Of a stretch of DNA of 64,000 nucleotides, positions 40,559-51,629 are shown one piece after another. Positions within the stretch are counted from its first letter, which is position 1; each line of letters opens with the position of its first letter. Source of the DNA: Selaginella moellendorffii. Its lineage: Eukaryota; Plantae; Lycopodiophyta. The stretch lies in contig NW_003314271.1 of NCBI RefSeq assembly GCF_000143415.4, positions 2,375,245 through 2,439,244 of the forward strand, in the 5' to 3' direction. The notes under the pieces are model-generated. The model was given only the letters and a program-made list of their open reading frames with translations. It was not told the DNA's origin and did no database searches. The position numbers were made by a program, and so were the translations under genes.

Positions 40559-41254
40559 CTAGCCCACCTGGTTCAAAGGATTGTCTGGAGATTTCTTCCA
40601 CAGCTTCCACAGCAAATCCTTGTACTGCGTGTGCGTCAATCCGGGCTTGTCCGCCTTGAGCTTGGCCAGCTCCACCTCCTCAAACGCCTTGTAGCTCGCC
40701 CTCGCCCGCTTCTCCGGGTGGCGATCCATCGGGAGCTCGTCCGGGATGGCCATCTGGGCGATGGCCGCCTCCACACTCCTGGCCTCGATCAGATCCTCCG
40801 CCCTATTGACGTTCTCCACCGCCACCATCTTTTCATACTCCTGCTCATCCGTGGCTCGCATCTCCCGCCGCTTGGTCTCCGCTGCTAGGGCCGCCAGCCT
40901 CGCCGCCTCCGCCTCCCTCTGCCGCTCCAGCTCCACCGCCGTCACTTTGGGCACCGCCGGGGATCCAACGCCCACGCGCAGGGATTTCTTGTCCACCTTT
41001 TTGCCGTAGCCCTCCATCTCGCGCTCCTCCTTCTCGGCCAGCCGCCGCGCCTCGGCCTTCTTGGCCAGGATCTCGGCCTTCTTCTCGGCTTCCTCTTCGC
41101 GCTTCTTGCTCGACCTCGATTTGGGGCCTTCCAGCTCCTGCCAGTACCTGTCCTCCTTGTCCTTGGACTCGCGATCCTTGCGCTCTGATTCCGCCTCGGC
41201 CTTGCGCGATCGCGCCTCCTCCGCCTTGCTGTTGATCCCCATCTTTTTCGGCAT
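40559..41254 (-). CDS. CCDC124: CCDC124/Lso2/Oxs1 homologue
   Basis: MPKKMGINSKAEEARSRK...DRHPEKRARASYKAFEEVELAKLKADKPGLTHTQYKDLLWKLWKKSPDNPLNQ. Confidence 0.92.
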   Translation of the reverse strand: MPKKMGINSKAEEARSRKAEAESERKDRESKDKEDRYWQELEGPKSRSSKKREEEAEKKAEILAKKAEARRLAEKEEREMEGYGKKVDKKSLRVGVGSPAVPKVTAVELERQREAEAARLAALAAETKRREMRATDEQEYEKMVAVENVNRAEDLIEARSVEAAIAQMAIPDELPMDRHPEKRARASYKAFEEVELAKLKADKPGLTHTQYKDLLWKLWKKSPDNPLNQVG

Positions 41255-41356
41255 TTTCTCTCCCCCCTCTCTCAGGAACCCTAAAGAGATATCCCATTTA
41301 TCTCTGACGAACCCTAAAAGATATGAGTGAGAATTAGGGTTCTTGGGAGTGGAGCA
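41255..41356. promoter_or_regulatory. 102-bp bidirectional promoter CCDC124/CWC22 with three telo-box cores
   Basis: AACCCTAA at 41277 and 41310, TTAGGGTT at 41334. Confidence 0.6.
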
Positions 41357-43853
41357 ATGGCTGCGGCAGTGGCGGTACCGGCATCTGACAGGTATGGTGG
41401 CGATCTAAACCATGGCGCCAGAGAGGAGCGCAGGGAAGACTATGATGAGCGCCGCAGCAAACGCAAGGGCCGTGATGAAGATGGAGACAGAGGTGGGAGA
41501 TCGAGCGATCAAGATAAGAGGCGCCGCGACGACGCCAGGGACGAAGATCGCTGGCGGGGGCGAGACGAAGATGCTAGCAGACGGGAAGATTCTAGCAGGC
41601 GAGGGCGAGACGAAGATTCTAGCAGAAGGGGGCGAGACGAGGATTCTAGCAGAAGGGGGCGAGACGAAGATGCTAGCAAGCGGCGAGATGACGATGCCAA
41701 AGAGGAGAAGATTGTGCTTCCTGCGGGAAGGAGTGGAGGGACATATATTCCTCCTTTCAAGCTCGCCCAGATGATGAGGGATGTGAAAGACAAGACGAGC
41801 GTGGAGTACCAGAGGATGGCCTGGGATGCTCTGCGCAAGAGTATCAATGGTCTCGTGAACAAGGTGAACACTTCCAACATCCGGAACATCCTCAAGGAGC
41901 TCATTGCTGAGAACTTGATCCGGGGGAGAGGATTGTTTGCGAGATCGTGCATGAAGTCGCAGATGGCCTCGCCTGCTTTCACGCACGTGTTTGCCGGCCT
42001 TGTTGCTGTGATCAACACCAAGTTTCCAGCTCTTGGAGGATTGCTGCTGACAAGAATCATCCTACAGTTTCGCAGGGCCTTCAAAAGAAATGACAAGGTA
42101 ATGGTGTTTGTTCTTCTCTCTTTATTCTGCTGAGCTTGGTTTTTCTTTCCTTTATTTCCAGCCCGTTTTACTCGCAGTGACAAAGTTCCTGGCGCATCTT
42201 GTTAATCAACGAGTTGCTCATGAAGTGATTGCACTTGAGTTGCTAATGCTCCTGCTGGAAAATCCTACAGATGATAGTATAGAGGTAAGAGTATGGAATT
42301 TTGGCGATCCTTGGTACCAATATGCATTGTCCATTTAGGTGGCTGTTGGATTTCTCAAGGAGTGTGGAGCGTATTTGCTGGAGATTTCTCCCAAGTGCTT
42401 TCAGAGTATGTTTTTCGTGTGGACATTATTTTAAATCATCTGACGCTTTTCTGGCAGTGATTTTCGATCGGTTCCGAGCTGTTCTTCACGAGGGAGAGAT
42501 CGACAAACGTGTTCAATTCATGATCGAGGGAGTTTTTGCTTTACGAAAATCGAACTTTCAGGTATGAACTTGTTCTGTCTTTCAATGTTTCAGACTCAAA
42601 TTGTCATGGTCTGCGCAGGGACATCCAGCAATAATCTCAGAATTGGATCTTGTTGAAGAAGGTGACCAGGAAACACATCAGATTTCCCTTCTAGACAAGG
42701 ACCTGGATCCAGAAAGTCGCCTTGGTAAGTCCAAAAAGCGTACCTGATCTTATCTCACGTTTCTCGTGCTTCCAGACATCTTTGCTCCGGATCCTGATTA
42801 CTTGGAGAATGAGAAGAAATACGAGACCATTAAGAACAGCATTCTCGGTGACGAAAAAGAGGAAAAGGATGGGTCAGCCTCTGGTTCCGAAGAGGAGGAC
42901 GATGAAGACGAGGGCGAAGAAGAAGAAGATGAAGATGATCCTTCGCAGAGCATCCAAGACCTCACAGAAACAAACTTGGTGAACCTCAGGCGTACCATAT
43001 ATCTAACGATCATGTCAAGTGTCGATTTTGAAGAGGCTGGCCATAAGCTTTTAAAGATAAAGCTGGAACCAGGCCAAGAGGTATGTTCCTTCTTTTCTTT
43101 CAATATTTGTGGCTAATGATCCTACACGTCTCTGCAGAAAGAACTGTGTATCATGCTTTTAGAATGCTGCAGCCAAGAACGGACGTACCTGAGATACTAT
43201 GGGCTTTTGGGCCAGCGATTTTGCATGATCAACCAAGTGTTCCAGCAACATTTTGACGAGTGCTTCCTCGGCCAGTACACAACAATACACAGGCTAGAAA
43301 CGAACAAGCTCAGGAACGTGGCCAAGTTCTTTGCGCATTTGCTAGGGACGGACGCTCTTCCATGGACAACTCTCGAGTACATCAACTTGACCGAGGAGGC
43401 GACGACATCATCGTCTCGTATCTTCATCAAGATCCTGTTCCAGGTATGAGCTTTTACATTTTGGTTTCTCGTTTGCTCACTTTTCTCTCTTTTCAGGAGC
43501 TTTCGGAGCATCTGGGACTGCAAAAGCTGAACGAACGCCTCACAGACCCAGACGAGCAGATGCAGAGAAACGTGGGCGGCATCTTCCCGCGGGACAACCC
43601 GAAGAACACACGCTTCGCCATCAACTTCTTCACTTCCATCGGTCTGGGTGGTCTCACGGACAGCTTGCGAGAGTACCTCAAAAACATGCCCCGGTTCATC
43701 ATGGAGCAGCAAAAGCCGGTGGAGAGCAGCGACGACGAAAGCTCAGACAGCGAGAGCTCGTCGTCGGAACCATCATCTTCGTCTTCAAGCGAATCCGACT
43801 CCGACTCCGACAGCAGCAGCGACGAGAGGAGTAAAAAGAGGAGGAAGAAGTAG
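41357..43853 (+). CDS. CWC22: Pre-mRNA splicing factor CWC22 (MIF4G + MA3), multi-exon
   Basis: [45 protein letters not shown]; [21 protein letters not shown]; [10 protein letters not shown]; [14 protein letters not shown]; [18 protein letters not shown]. Confidence 0.95.
41555..41690 (+). repeat. 27-bp coding tandem repeats (RRGRDEDSS) in the CWC22 N-terminus
   Basis: GGGCGAGACGA(A/G)GA(T/TG)CTAGCAG-type units. Confidence 0.8.
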
Positions 43854-44196
43854 CAAAAACAATGGCAGGACAAGCTCGGCGCTCTCGAAGAACACTCCAA
43901 CGTTTTGACACACTGTAAGTGGTGGAATTGCTCATCGTTTGCTTTCTAATCGAGATTGTGTGCCAGGAACTCTAAATCTTTGCTTGTAAAACAGGAACTC
44001 TAGAACTCGACTGTCTTGTAAACTCACTATTGAGGTATCCAAAAGAATTTTATCAAGGACCAGAATATCCAACGTCTTATGTAAACGTGGCGGTTTACGT
44101 GTCATCTGACGTGGCCCCTACACTGATTTGCTTTAGGTCGGAGGGAGAGAGGGCGGCCGAGCGCCTGCAAGGGCAGGGGCCAGGAGCTTGGATGCG

Positions 44197-45644
44197 ATGG
44201 CCAGATTTCTTCTCCTTCATCTCCACAGCACCGCGGAGGATTGGTGGTACACTCTCAACGAGTCCAAGGCATGGCAGAATCGATTCTACTACTCGCTCTC
44301 CGGCGCCTATCTCCTTGTAGCTCTCGTCGCCCTGGTATGGAATCCGGCTAGTTTGTTGGTCTTTTCTATTGATTCTCGGGGAATCGTGGCGATTTCTCTC
44401 GCAGATACAACTCATCCGGATCGAGATTCGCGTCCCCGAGTATGGCTGGACGACGCAGAAGGTCTTCCATTTGCTGAATTTCCTTGTAAATGGAGGTGAG
44501 ATTCTTCCATCTTAGAATTTTGGATTGATCTCTTCGCTTGCTAGTCCGAGCTGTGGTGTTCTTCTTCCGGCGCCAAGTCCAGTTCCTTGAGCCCCGGGTG
44601 AGGAAATGAAGTCTTTTGGAGTTTCTCTAAACGATCTCTTCCTTTTTCTCTACTGCTTTATGTAGATTTTACAATCACTTCTTCTGGATTTACCCGGACT
44701 CTTGTTCTTCACGACGTATACTTTGCTAGTACTCTTCTGGGCTGAGATTTATCACCAGGTAAATCTAAGCTAGAGATCTTGATTGCTTGGGTGATTGATA
44801 GTCTCTTTCCTTGCGGAATCTTGGATTTTGTCCAGGCTCGGAGCCTTCCGACGGATAACCTGAGACCAACCTTTGTGGTGATCAATACCATCATTTACAC
44901 AATCCAGGTTCTCTTTTCTTTCCTTTTTTGCTCTCTGTTCTTTTCTCCTTCGATTCTTCTAGCCTGTAACTATTCAAGCTTTGATGTGTAGATCCTTGTG
45001 TGGCTGATTGTCTGGTGGAAGCCACTTGGCCTCCTCGAGAGCTTCTCCAAGATTTTCTTTGCCGGCGTGTCATTGGGTGCAGCGATCGGGTTTCTTCTCT
45101 ACGGTGGAAGGTCGGTGTTGAGCTTTTGGTGACGGAGAGAAAGACTGTTTTGTTTCCAGGCTGTTCTTGATGCTACAAAGATTTCCCATCGAATCAAAGG
45201 GCCGCAGGAAAAAGCTGCGTGAGGTAATTACATCAGTCTCTTTCACGGCATCTTATCCTACTCAGCTGTTTTGTAGGTCGGCCTTGTGACTGCTATATGC
45301 TTCACTTGCTTTACAATCAGATCCGGAATTGTAAGAGAAACTCCTCTTTTTCCCTCTTTTTCTTAAGGATGAGTTTGCTAACTAATCTCTCACCAGATGG
45401 CGTGGGCTGCATTTGACAAGCGTGGAGATTTAGATGTGTTGGATCATCCAGTTTTGGACACCGTTGTCTACCTAGTAAGCTTCTAAAGAAGAAAAGGATG
45501 GATGTTCTAACACTTTTGCGTGTCTTCCAGCTTGTGGAGATACTTCCCTCGGCGTTGGTTCTTTATATATTGAGGAAGCTCCCACCAAACAGACCAGGTC
45601 CTCCTGGTTACGAACCAATCCCATCAACAATTCGAACAGGGTAG
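44197..45644 (+). CDS. TOM3: Tobamovirus multiplication protein TOM1/TOM3/THH1 family (multi-pass membrane protein), multi-exon
   Basis: WW..NES..WQ..|[26 protein letters not shown]; [28 protein letters not shown]; [16 protein letters not shown]; [18 protein letters not shown]. Confidence 0.9.
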
Positions 45645-45849
45645 GAGTTCTTCTTTTTGCATCTTCGTTATCTTGTGTTGAGTGGATGGTTCTTGGTTGA
45701 AGAGTAATAACGTAGTATCTGGCATGTACAGTACTCCTGTAATTTTATACTACCAGGTCTCACTAGTTGTTAAATCATCATGTCAATATACGTCTTTTAC
45801 GGTCAGCAAATCAGTGGACTAACAAAGTGGTTATTAACAAATTTTTAAA

Positions 45850-47560
45850 AAAGTAGAAAAAATTACTACTTTTTGTCATCTTTGGCATCTTTCTTGACAT
45901 CTCTAACATTTTCCTTATATCTTCATGTGAACATCTTGTTACCTGATTAAATCCCTAGACTATATCCTTGTATAGACTAGCACATAAGCTAGTCTTTTAA
46001 TCTCTAATAATTACTACTTTCCCCCCCTTTGAGAAATGTAAACACAACCACACAGTTAATAAAATATGAAAAAATACTCACTTAAACCATCACTCAGAAA
46101 AACAATTTTGCCTTAAAAACTAGTGATAGTTGCAATGCCAAGACTAGCATAATATTTCAAAAACAAAGGTGGTATATCAGTCACTATATCATGTGTAGTA
46201 ATTAATGCTATAACAACATTCCTTTTTCATACTTTAAATCAAACATACTGATAGTGTCTGTCAATATGCTTATGCTTTGAGTGAAGAGCTAGATCTTTGG
46301 CCAAAGCAATAGTAGACTAATTATTACAATATAAGGACATGGGAGTAATAGAGGATGTCCCCAAGACAGTAAGTAGTTTACAAAGACATATTATTTCTTG
46401 AGTGGTTAGACTAACTACAATACATTCTGCTTCTATAGATCTATAGAAGATATTATTATGCAATGTTTACACTTCAAAAACTAAAAGACAACATCAGAAC
46501 TTATAAGAAAACATGAGCCACTTGTAGATCGATGAAGTCATCAACTGCACCAACCCAATTTGAATCAATGTAAGTTGTTAATATCATAGAATGAGTTCCA
46601 GAACTATTACTTTTAAGATATCAAAGAACTCATTTTATTGCCCTCCCAATGGATAATTTTTGGAGCTGTGAGATATTGCCCCAAAGAATTAGCAATATAT
46701 GCAATATTATGCTAAGTAGCAATACCAATGTACACTACTATACCAACTAAATTTTGATACTTTGAAATATTAATAAAAGTAATACAGGAAATGTGAGCAT
46801 GGATCCATAACCAAATTTTGGCTTTGGATTATAATTTCTAGGCTTTGAAGATGTAGGAATCAAGTGCTTTACAATCCACCATTCTAAAATGTAAAGTTTG
46901 ATTAAATCATAAAATTTAGGAAGAAATTTAAATACCCTGATCAAAATTATGTGTGATCTTAATGCCTAAGCAATAATGTATAGAGCCTTGACCATGTCAA
47001 AAGGTGTGCTTAACTGGGACTTAACATTAGCAAAAAAAATCAAGCTATTCGTTATGAGAATAGTATTATCAATATAAAGAACAATAATCACAAAGGAGGG
47101 TGGTGTCCCTTTTAAAAAAAAAAATTGAATCTGCACTTAGCTTGAAACTCTTCTCTATATAAATAAAAATCAATATTATAAAATCAAGTATATACCACTT
47201 GTTTTAGTCTATAAAATGAACATTGAAGCTTACATACTAAATATTCTTGGTAGAGGTAACATATCCTTCTGGTTGTTTCATATATAGATCTTCTTTTGTA
47301 AATCACCATTAAAAAACATTATCTTCACATCCATCTGATGAATGTCATAATCAAATTCAATAGCTAGAGCAAGAAATATATGAATAATAGTACTTCAAGC
47401 CACTAAAGAGAATGTATCTTGAAAATCCATACCAGCAACTTGTGAATATCCTTTTACAACTAACTGAGCTTTAAACTTGCCAATAAAATTGTCAAATGTG
47501 TTTTAACTTTAAAAACCCATTTCCATTTGATAGCTTCTCATTGTGAAGAAAATGAATGAG
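45850..47560 (-). mobile_element. Decayed Ty1/Copia retrotransposon (RT/RNase H remnant, PPT)
   Basis: Minus strand FKAQLVVKGYSQ..G.DF.DTFS, IHQMDVK..F.NGDL...IYMKQPEG, VLYIDN (YVDD-like); PPT AAAGGGGGGGA at ~46020-46030; many stops. Confidence 0.8.
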
Positions 47561-50539
47561 TTTCCAAGTACTTTTGATGAGTACAATATTATAAATGAAC
47601 AGAACAAAAAAAAGAGAAGAAAATACCTTTTGGCTAATCAAAACATAGTTCCACTTATCAGAATGAGGACTATATGTGATATAAAAAAAATTGTAAGTGT
47701 AAAATTTACATCAGGTGCTAGAGAGGAATAAAAAGGTAGTAGTTATCTACAAGATAGCTTGGTGGACGGCCTTTTAAATTTTAGTGTAGTATTGCTATGT
47801 TGTTGCACCTTGAACAAAAAAGATAATTCAAAAGATAATTCTCTAGTGCAATTGGAATCTCAGCTAAATAATCATCATAATTCATTCAAGTAACATGGTA
47901 TCAAAGCAAGGATCCAACTAGCCAACCTAGGGCTAGGGATTTATATAATTTTCAATCATTTTATTTATGTCCAAGTGACTATGTTATCACCCTTGTGGAC
48001 ACTTTGTGATCTTGTTATGATGAAGATTTTTTAGGGTGGATGTGATAGCCTTTGTCTAGTTGAAGTGACTACTAGTGCTCATACTTTGGGACATGTTCAT
48101 GTATATCATCATTCTTTTGTAAGCTCTTGAATTTCGACTTCTCAAGAGGTTATTTAACCCATGGTATTATTATAAACTTTATGCCTCACTAGAGCTATTA
48201 CTTGCAGCTTCTAGAAACCATTGACACTATATCATGTTTGCCTTCCTAATGCATATATATGGATGGGGATACCAACCTTGCTAATGCCAGCTTCAAAAGT
48301 TTTGGATCAGAAAAAATGCATTTCATAATTTGTGAACACTTGAGTCATGTAAGACCACATAGTATTGGATGATGGCATATCAAAATATACCTTCCAAATT
48401 GAATTTGCATAACCTTTTAAAAATCCTAAAATAGGATTTTTAGGAATACAATTGGATGTGTCCTAGAGCTAGGAGTTGCCAATCCATGGCAATGATAGAG
48501 AGAATATTGTCACAATTCATACAAAAAGTTAAATATGAACTAGCCATCATTGCAACTTTCAATCCAATAACTGGGAGAATTAGAGAGGCTAAGTATAGTC
48601 TATAAATAAGCTTTTTGATGTTAGGGTTTTATTTTTGGGGAAGCGCTAGTGTTGAGTGTGGCTTTGTATGTGCTCTCTTTGATTGCAACATGATTTTTTA
48701 TATAGCTATGTTATGGTGTGTGCCTCTGCTAAGTGGATTCCCTATTTAATTGGTAGTTCATCCACACTTGATCAAATGCAAAAAACCTAATTAATCTCTG
48801 CATCTATATGTACAATTCAAGCTGAGAAAGAAGAGTTATAGGAAACTCATTATTATTGTGGCTTTTATACCACTTGTTTTTCCCTAACCTTGACCACGAT
48901 AGTAAGGAGATGATATGGTTGTAAGCAACCCAAGAGAATGATTTAAGAGACAATTTATAAATTTCAAATATAGAGAGAAAAGGGCCATAAATAATAGTGC
49001 ATCCTTTTTTCTAATCAATTAAGGGTTTTAAAATATTTGGGATTAAATGTCCTTGGGTTTATATTGGGATAGGTGACTTCTCGGGAAGTCCAAAATCAAA
49101 AAATTACAGTGGTAAGGAGCTAAGTTTCTAGATGGGGCATAAGAATAAGAATGGAGTGATCAAAAAGGTTCTATAGTGTTGGTGGAGTGTTCACACTTGG
49201 GATCATGAATCATTTTGGTTAAAGTTTTAATATATTAACCACCTATTAATCTAAGCCCTTAATCTTTGAAGTGTTGATATATTAGCCATTTATCTAACAC
49301 TATTTTTATTGCACAATCTCATTGGTACTTATTTATCTTTCTTATCATAATGAATATGGAAACTTCAGATAATTTGAAATTGCTACACTAACATAATGAA
49401 GTCATGGTTGAAGAGCTTTATATTCATAGATCTTTTGAGATTGTGAACTATTGGATGTGAACTAGTGTAGCGCACCTTATCTTTCTCCCCTTAAGCCAAC
49501 TGGAAAAGGGGCAATTGCTTAATGAGAAAGCCCTTAGTGGCTATTTTATCCCCATTTATCCCCCAAGGTTCCAAGGATCCACGGTGATAGTATATCTAAA
49601 TCTCATCCCATGATCACATGCGCTACACTCATTGTAGCACACTTTATTTCTCTCCCCTTAAGCCAACTGGAAAAGGGGCAATTGCTTAATGAGAGAGCCC
49701 TTAATGGCCATTTTATCCCCCAAGGTTCCAAGGATCTCACTTTATCTTTGTCTTTTTGCACCGGATCATAACATTGGTATTAGAGGAGTGGTTGCGATGG
49801 CCGACCAAGCTAAATGCTGGAATCCTATTGTCGATGGTGGTGCCGACGAAGCTGTGGAGATTTGGACCATTCAAGATGTGGTTCATGAGCTGCGAGCCCT
49901 TAATAAAAATCAGCAAGAGATGCAAGACGAGATGCATGGCATGATGGATACCATGCGTGGGCGTGTTGAGGCACTCGAGGTTGGACGGGGTAGCACTTCA
50001 AGTAAGCCTTCTTTGGTAGATCGACTCAAGATTCCAACTTTTTCCGGTGATGGTGGTGTGGACGAGTGTCTCGCTTGGCTAGCCAATGTGAAGAAGTTTT
50101 TGGCTACTAGAGGAACTCCAGATGCAAAGGCTTTAGTGGCTATTCCGATGGTTTTGCGTGATGCGGGTCTTCGATGGTGGAATTGGCTTGAGGAGTCCCG
50201 TGTTGCGGATAAGAAACCACCAGTGTCTACCATGGATGAATTTGAGGCTGCTTTTCGTTTACGTTTTGCCCCTCATTAAGATGTGGAGAATGCTCGTACG
50301 GAACTTTGACATTTCCAGCAAGGGAAAATGACTCTCCGGGACTATATTGAGAAGCTTACTCGCTTGATTAGTCGTGTTCCAACGAAGGATCCAGATCAAA
50401 ACAAGTCCTACTTCATTGATGGCTGTAAGGAACCGACTCCCCGAGATGTCGTAGGCTAAAGGATCCCCAAAAGCTTGACCGAAGTGACAAAGAGTTCATC
50501 GGATGGGACCAAGTCGAGGATCAAGTCCAAGACCGACTC

Positions 50540-50785
50540 TAGGACCGAGTTCGAGATAGAGTCCGGAATCGAATCCGAGACCGACTCGGGGACCGAGTTC
50601 GAGTCCGAGTTCGAGACCGAGTTCGAGACGGAGTCCGGATCCGAAATCGGGTCCGAGACCGAGTCCGAGGTCGAGTCCGAGGTCGGGTCCGAGATCGGGT
50701 CCGAGATCGAGTCCGTGATCGAGTCCGAACCCGAATCCGAAGTCGGATCCGAAATCGGGTCCGAGATCGAGCCAGAGACTAAGTC
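50540..50785 (+). repeat. CpG-rich hexamer tandem array in the LTR (also at 56922-57167)
   Basis: TCCGAG/ACCGAG/TTCGAG/ATCGGG/GTCGAG units with period 6. Confidence 0.9.
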
Positions 50786-51629
50786 CAAATACTAATACGG
50801 GTCAAGGGGTGAAAGCCCAAAGCGTGCGTCTCCCAGGGGGGGGGGGCTGCAGGGGGTTCCAAAAGTATAGTAGGGATAGTGAGGTCCAGGAACCAGTTTA
50901 GAAGGGACTCTCCAGTTGGGCTTCCAAACCGACTTGAGGTTGGGACTGGGACCGAGGGGCCTTGGGTGGGAGTGAGCATGGACTTGGCTGGTGCCGGAGG
51001 GGCCATCCAAGGAAGTGCTCAAGAGCAGCTCCCACTCCCGAAAGGGAAACCGATTGCGGTGCTCCCGGCTCAGGTGGAGTGGTGCCCCACTTGAGTACCT
51101 TGTGGCTCATTGGTCCTCGCCCTTCCGGGGGCTTGGGCCTTTCCTTCGGGATGGAAGAGGGGGGGTAGAGGTACCCATACCGGGCCGTTAGGCCACGGTG
51201 TTTCACCCCGACGTCCCGAAGCAAGTGCTGCACCCAAGGCTTGGGATTTAGAGGGTCCCATGATCAAGCCTTGTGATACCTTGGGGTGTTAGGAATCTGG
51301 AGGCTTGGTGTGCTTGGCTGCTTGTGCCTGCGGGGAGTGTAGCCGAACCTTAAGTCCAGTCTAACCCGGGGAGGGGGATTGGGAGAGATTTGGGAATCCG
51401 TAGATGGATGGCTAACACTCCGTTGCTCGTGCAGTAAGTAGTTGAAACCAAGTAGGAGCTGGCACCAAAGGCGAGAACCTTGGCGAGGGAACTTAGCACA
51501 AGCCAAGGCGGAGTTGGTCGGATAGGCGAGGTAAGCTGGCAAATTGGAAAGGAAAAATTTGTGGCTTACAATTTGGTATCGGAGCCTTCTCCTCAGTTCT
51601 AGCGAAGGATAGAGGCGGATTGCTGGGAG

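Noticed and set aside
47700-49450. Additional element suggested by PBS-like TGGTATCAAAGC (~47897) and a TATA-containing LTR-like tract
   Set aside because: Too decayed to define boundaries or class
50540-50785. CRISPR-like periodicity
   Set aside because: Hexamer tandem repeat with no unique spacers; eukaryotic context and no cas genes
50456-50795. Acidic/Ser-rich ORFs on both strands (also 56838-57177, 3884-4304)
   Set aside because: By-products of the 6-bp tandem array in the LTR
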